Shown one piece after another: positions 24,095 through 24,413 of a DNA stretch of 24,413 bases (the stretch's first letter is position 1; every line of letters begins with the position of its first letter). Made by a program: the position numbers and the translations under genes. The notes beneath the pieces were generated by a model that was given only the letters and a program-made list of their open reading frames with translations, made no database searches and was not told the origin of the DNA. This stretch comes from a virus (lineage: Duplodnaviria; Caudoviricetes), in IMG/VR virus record IMGVR_UViG_3300008459_000379, positions 1 through 24,413 of that record; one strand, given 5' to 3'.

Positions 24095-24403
24095 TTAGTT
24101 ATTCTCTAAAATACCTGTATAGAAATCTAAAACCATATTAAAGATATCATCTAATACATCTTTTGGTAGTTCTTCATAAGGCATATAACTTTCTCCTACA
24201 TCTTGTGAGTAACCATAATGGAACACTGCAACATCTTCTTTATATATCATTTCTATTTGTGAAAGTTTACCATCTTCATCCTTGAGAACTATTGGGTTTT
24301 CATTCATATCCATTAGTGTGATATATTCATCATTGGTTGTTTCTACTATTTCCTTAATAATCTTAATCTTATTGTTTGTTGTAAGGAACTCATCACCTAA
24401 CAT
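24095..24403 (-). CDS. Acidic hypothetical protein
   Basis: 102-aa ORF; upstream context is cut by the window edge. Confidence 0.65.
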   Translation of the reverse strand: MLGDEFLTTNNKIKIIKEIVETTNDEYITLMDMNENPIVLKDEDGKLSQIEMIYKEDVAVFHYGYSQDVGESYMPYEELPKDVLDDIFNMVLDFYTGILENN

Positions 24404-24413
24404 ATTTATAATG

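Noticed and set aside
1-24413. Alternative genetic code (stop reassignment) as seen in some large phages
   Set aside because: Coding density is high under the standard code, and TAG (1107, 3088) and TGA (6726, 17651) end genes at sensible boundaries.

Overview
AT-rich, gene-dense segment of a large dsDNA phage genome (inferred T4-like/jumbo tailed phage, standard genetic code). The host is probably Bacteroidota, judged from many TTG/TTTG-N19-20-TAnnTTTG promoters. It is an accessory region of about 50 mostly small genes, with no core capsid, terminase or polymerase genes. Recognisable products: AsnRS-like catalytic-domain-only enzyme (asparagine synthetase type), SlyD-type FKBP PPIase, DUF192, DHH-type phosphoesterase, LysM and peptidoglycan-binding proteins, TM+GAF protein, HNH endonuclease, HExxH zincin. 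Main structures of interest: (1) a CRISPR-like 36-nt repeat/30-nt spacer array lying in frame inside CDS 23570-24094; (2) an Asn-codon leader peptide with overlapping terminator (attenuator) upstream of the AsnRS-like gene; (3) about 17 unrelated cargo genes sharing Glu-terminated N-terminal leaders, mostly behind a TATTTAT motif, including a leader-only gene; (4) five copies of a ~60-bp G-rich intergenic element delimiting gene cassettes; (5) three promoter classes with apparently leaderless starts; (6) two non-coding blocks with G-tracts and CCC/GGG palindromes. Family names are from motif recognition only; no searches were run.
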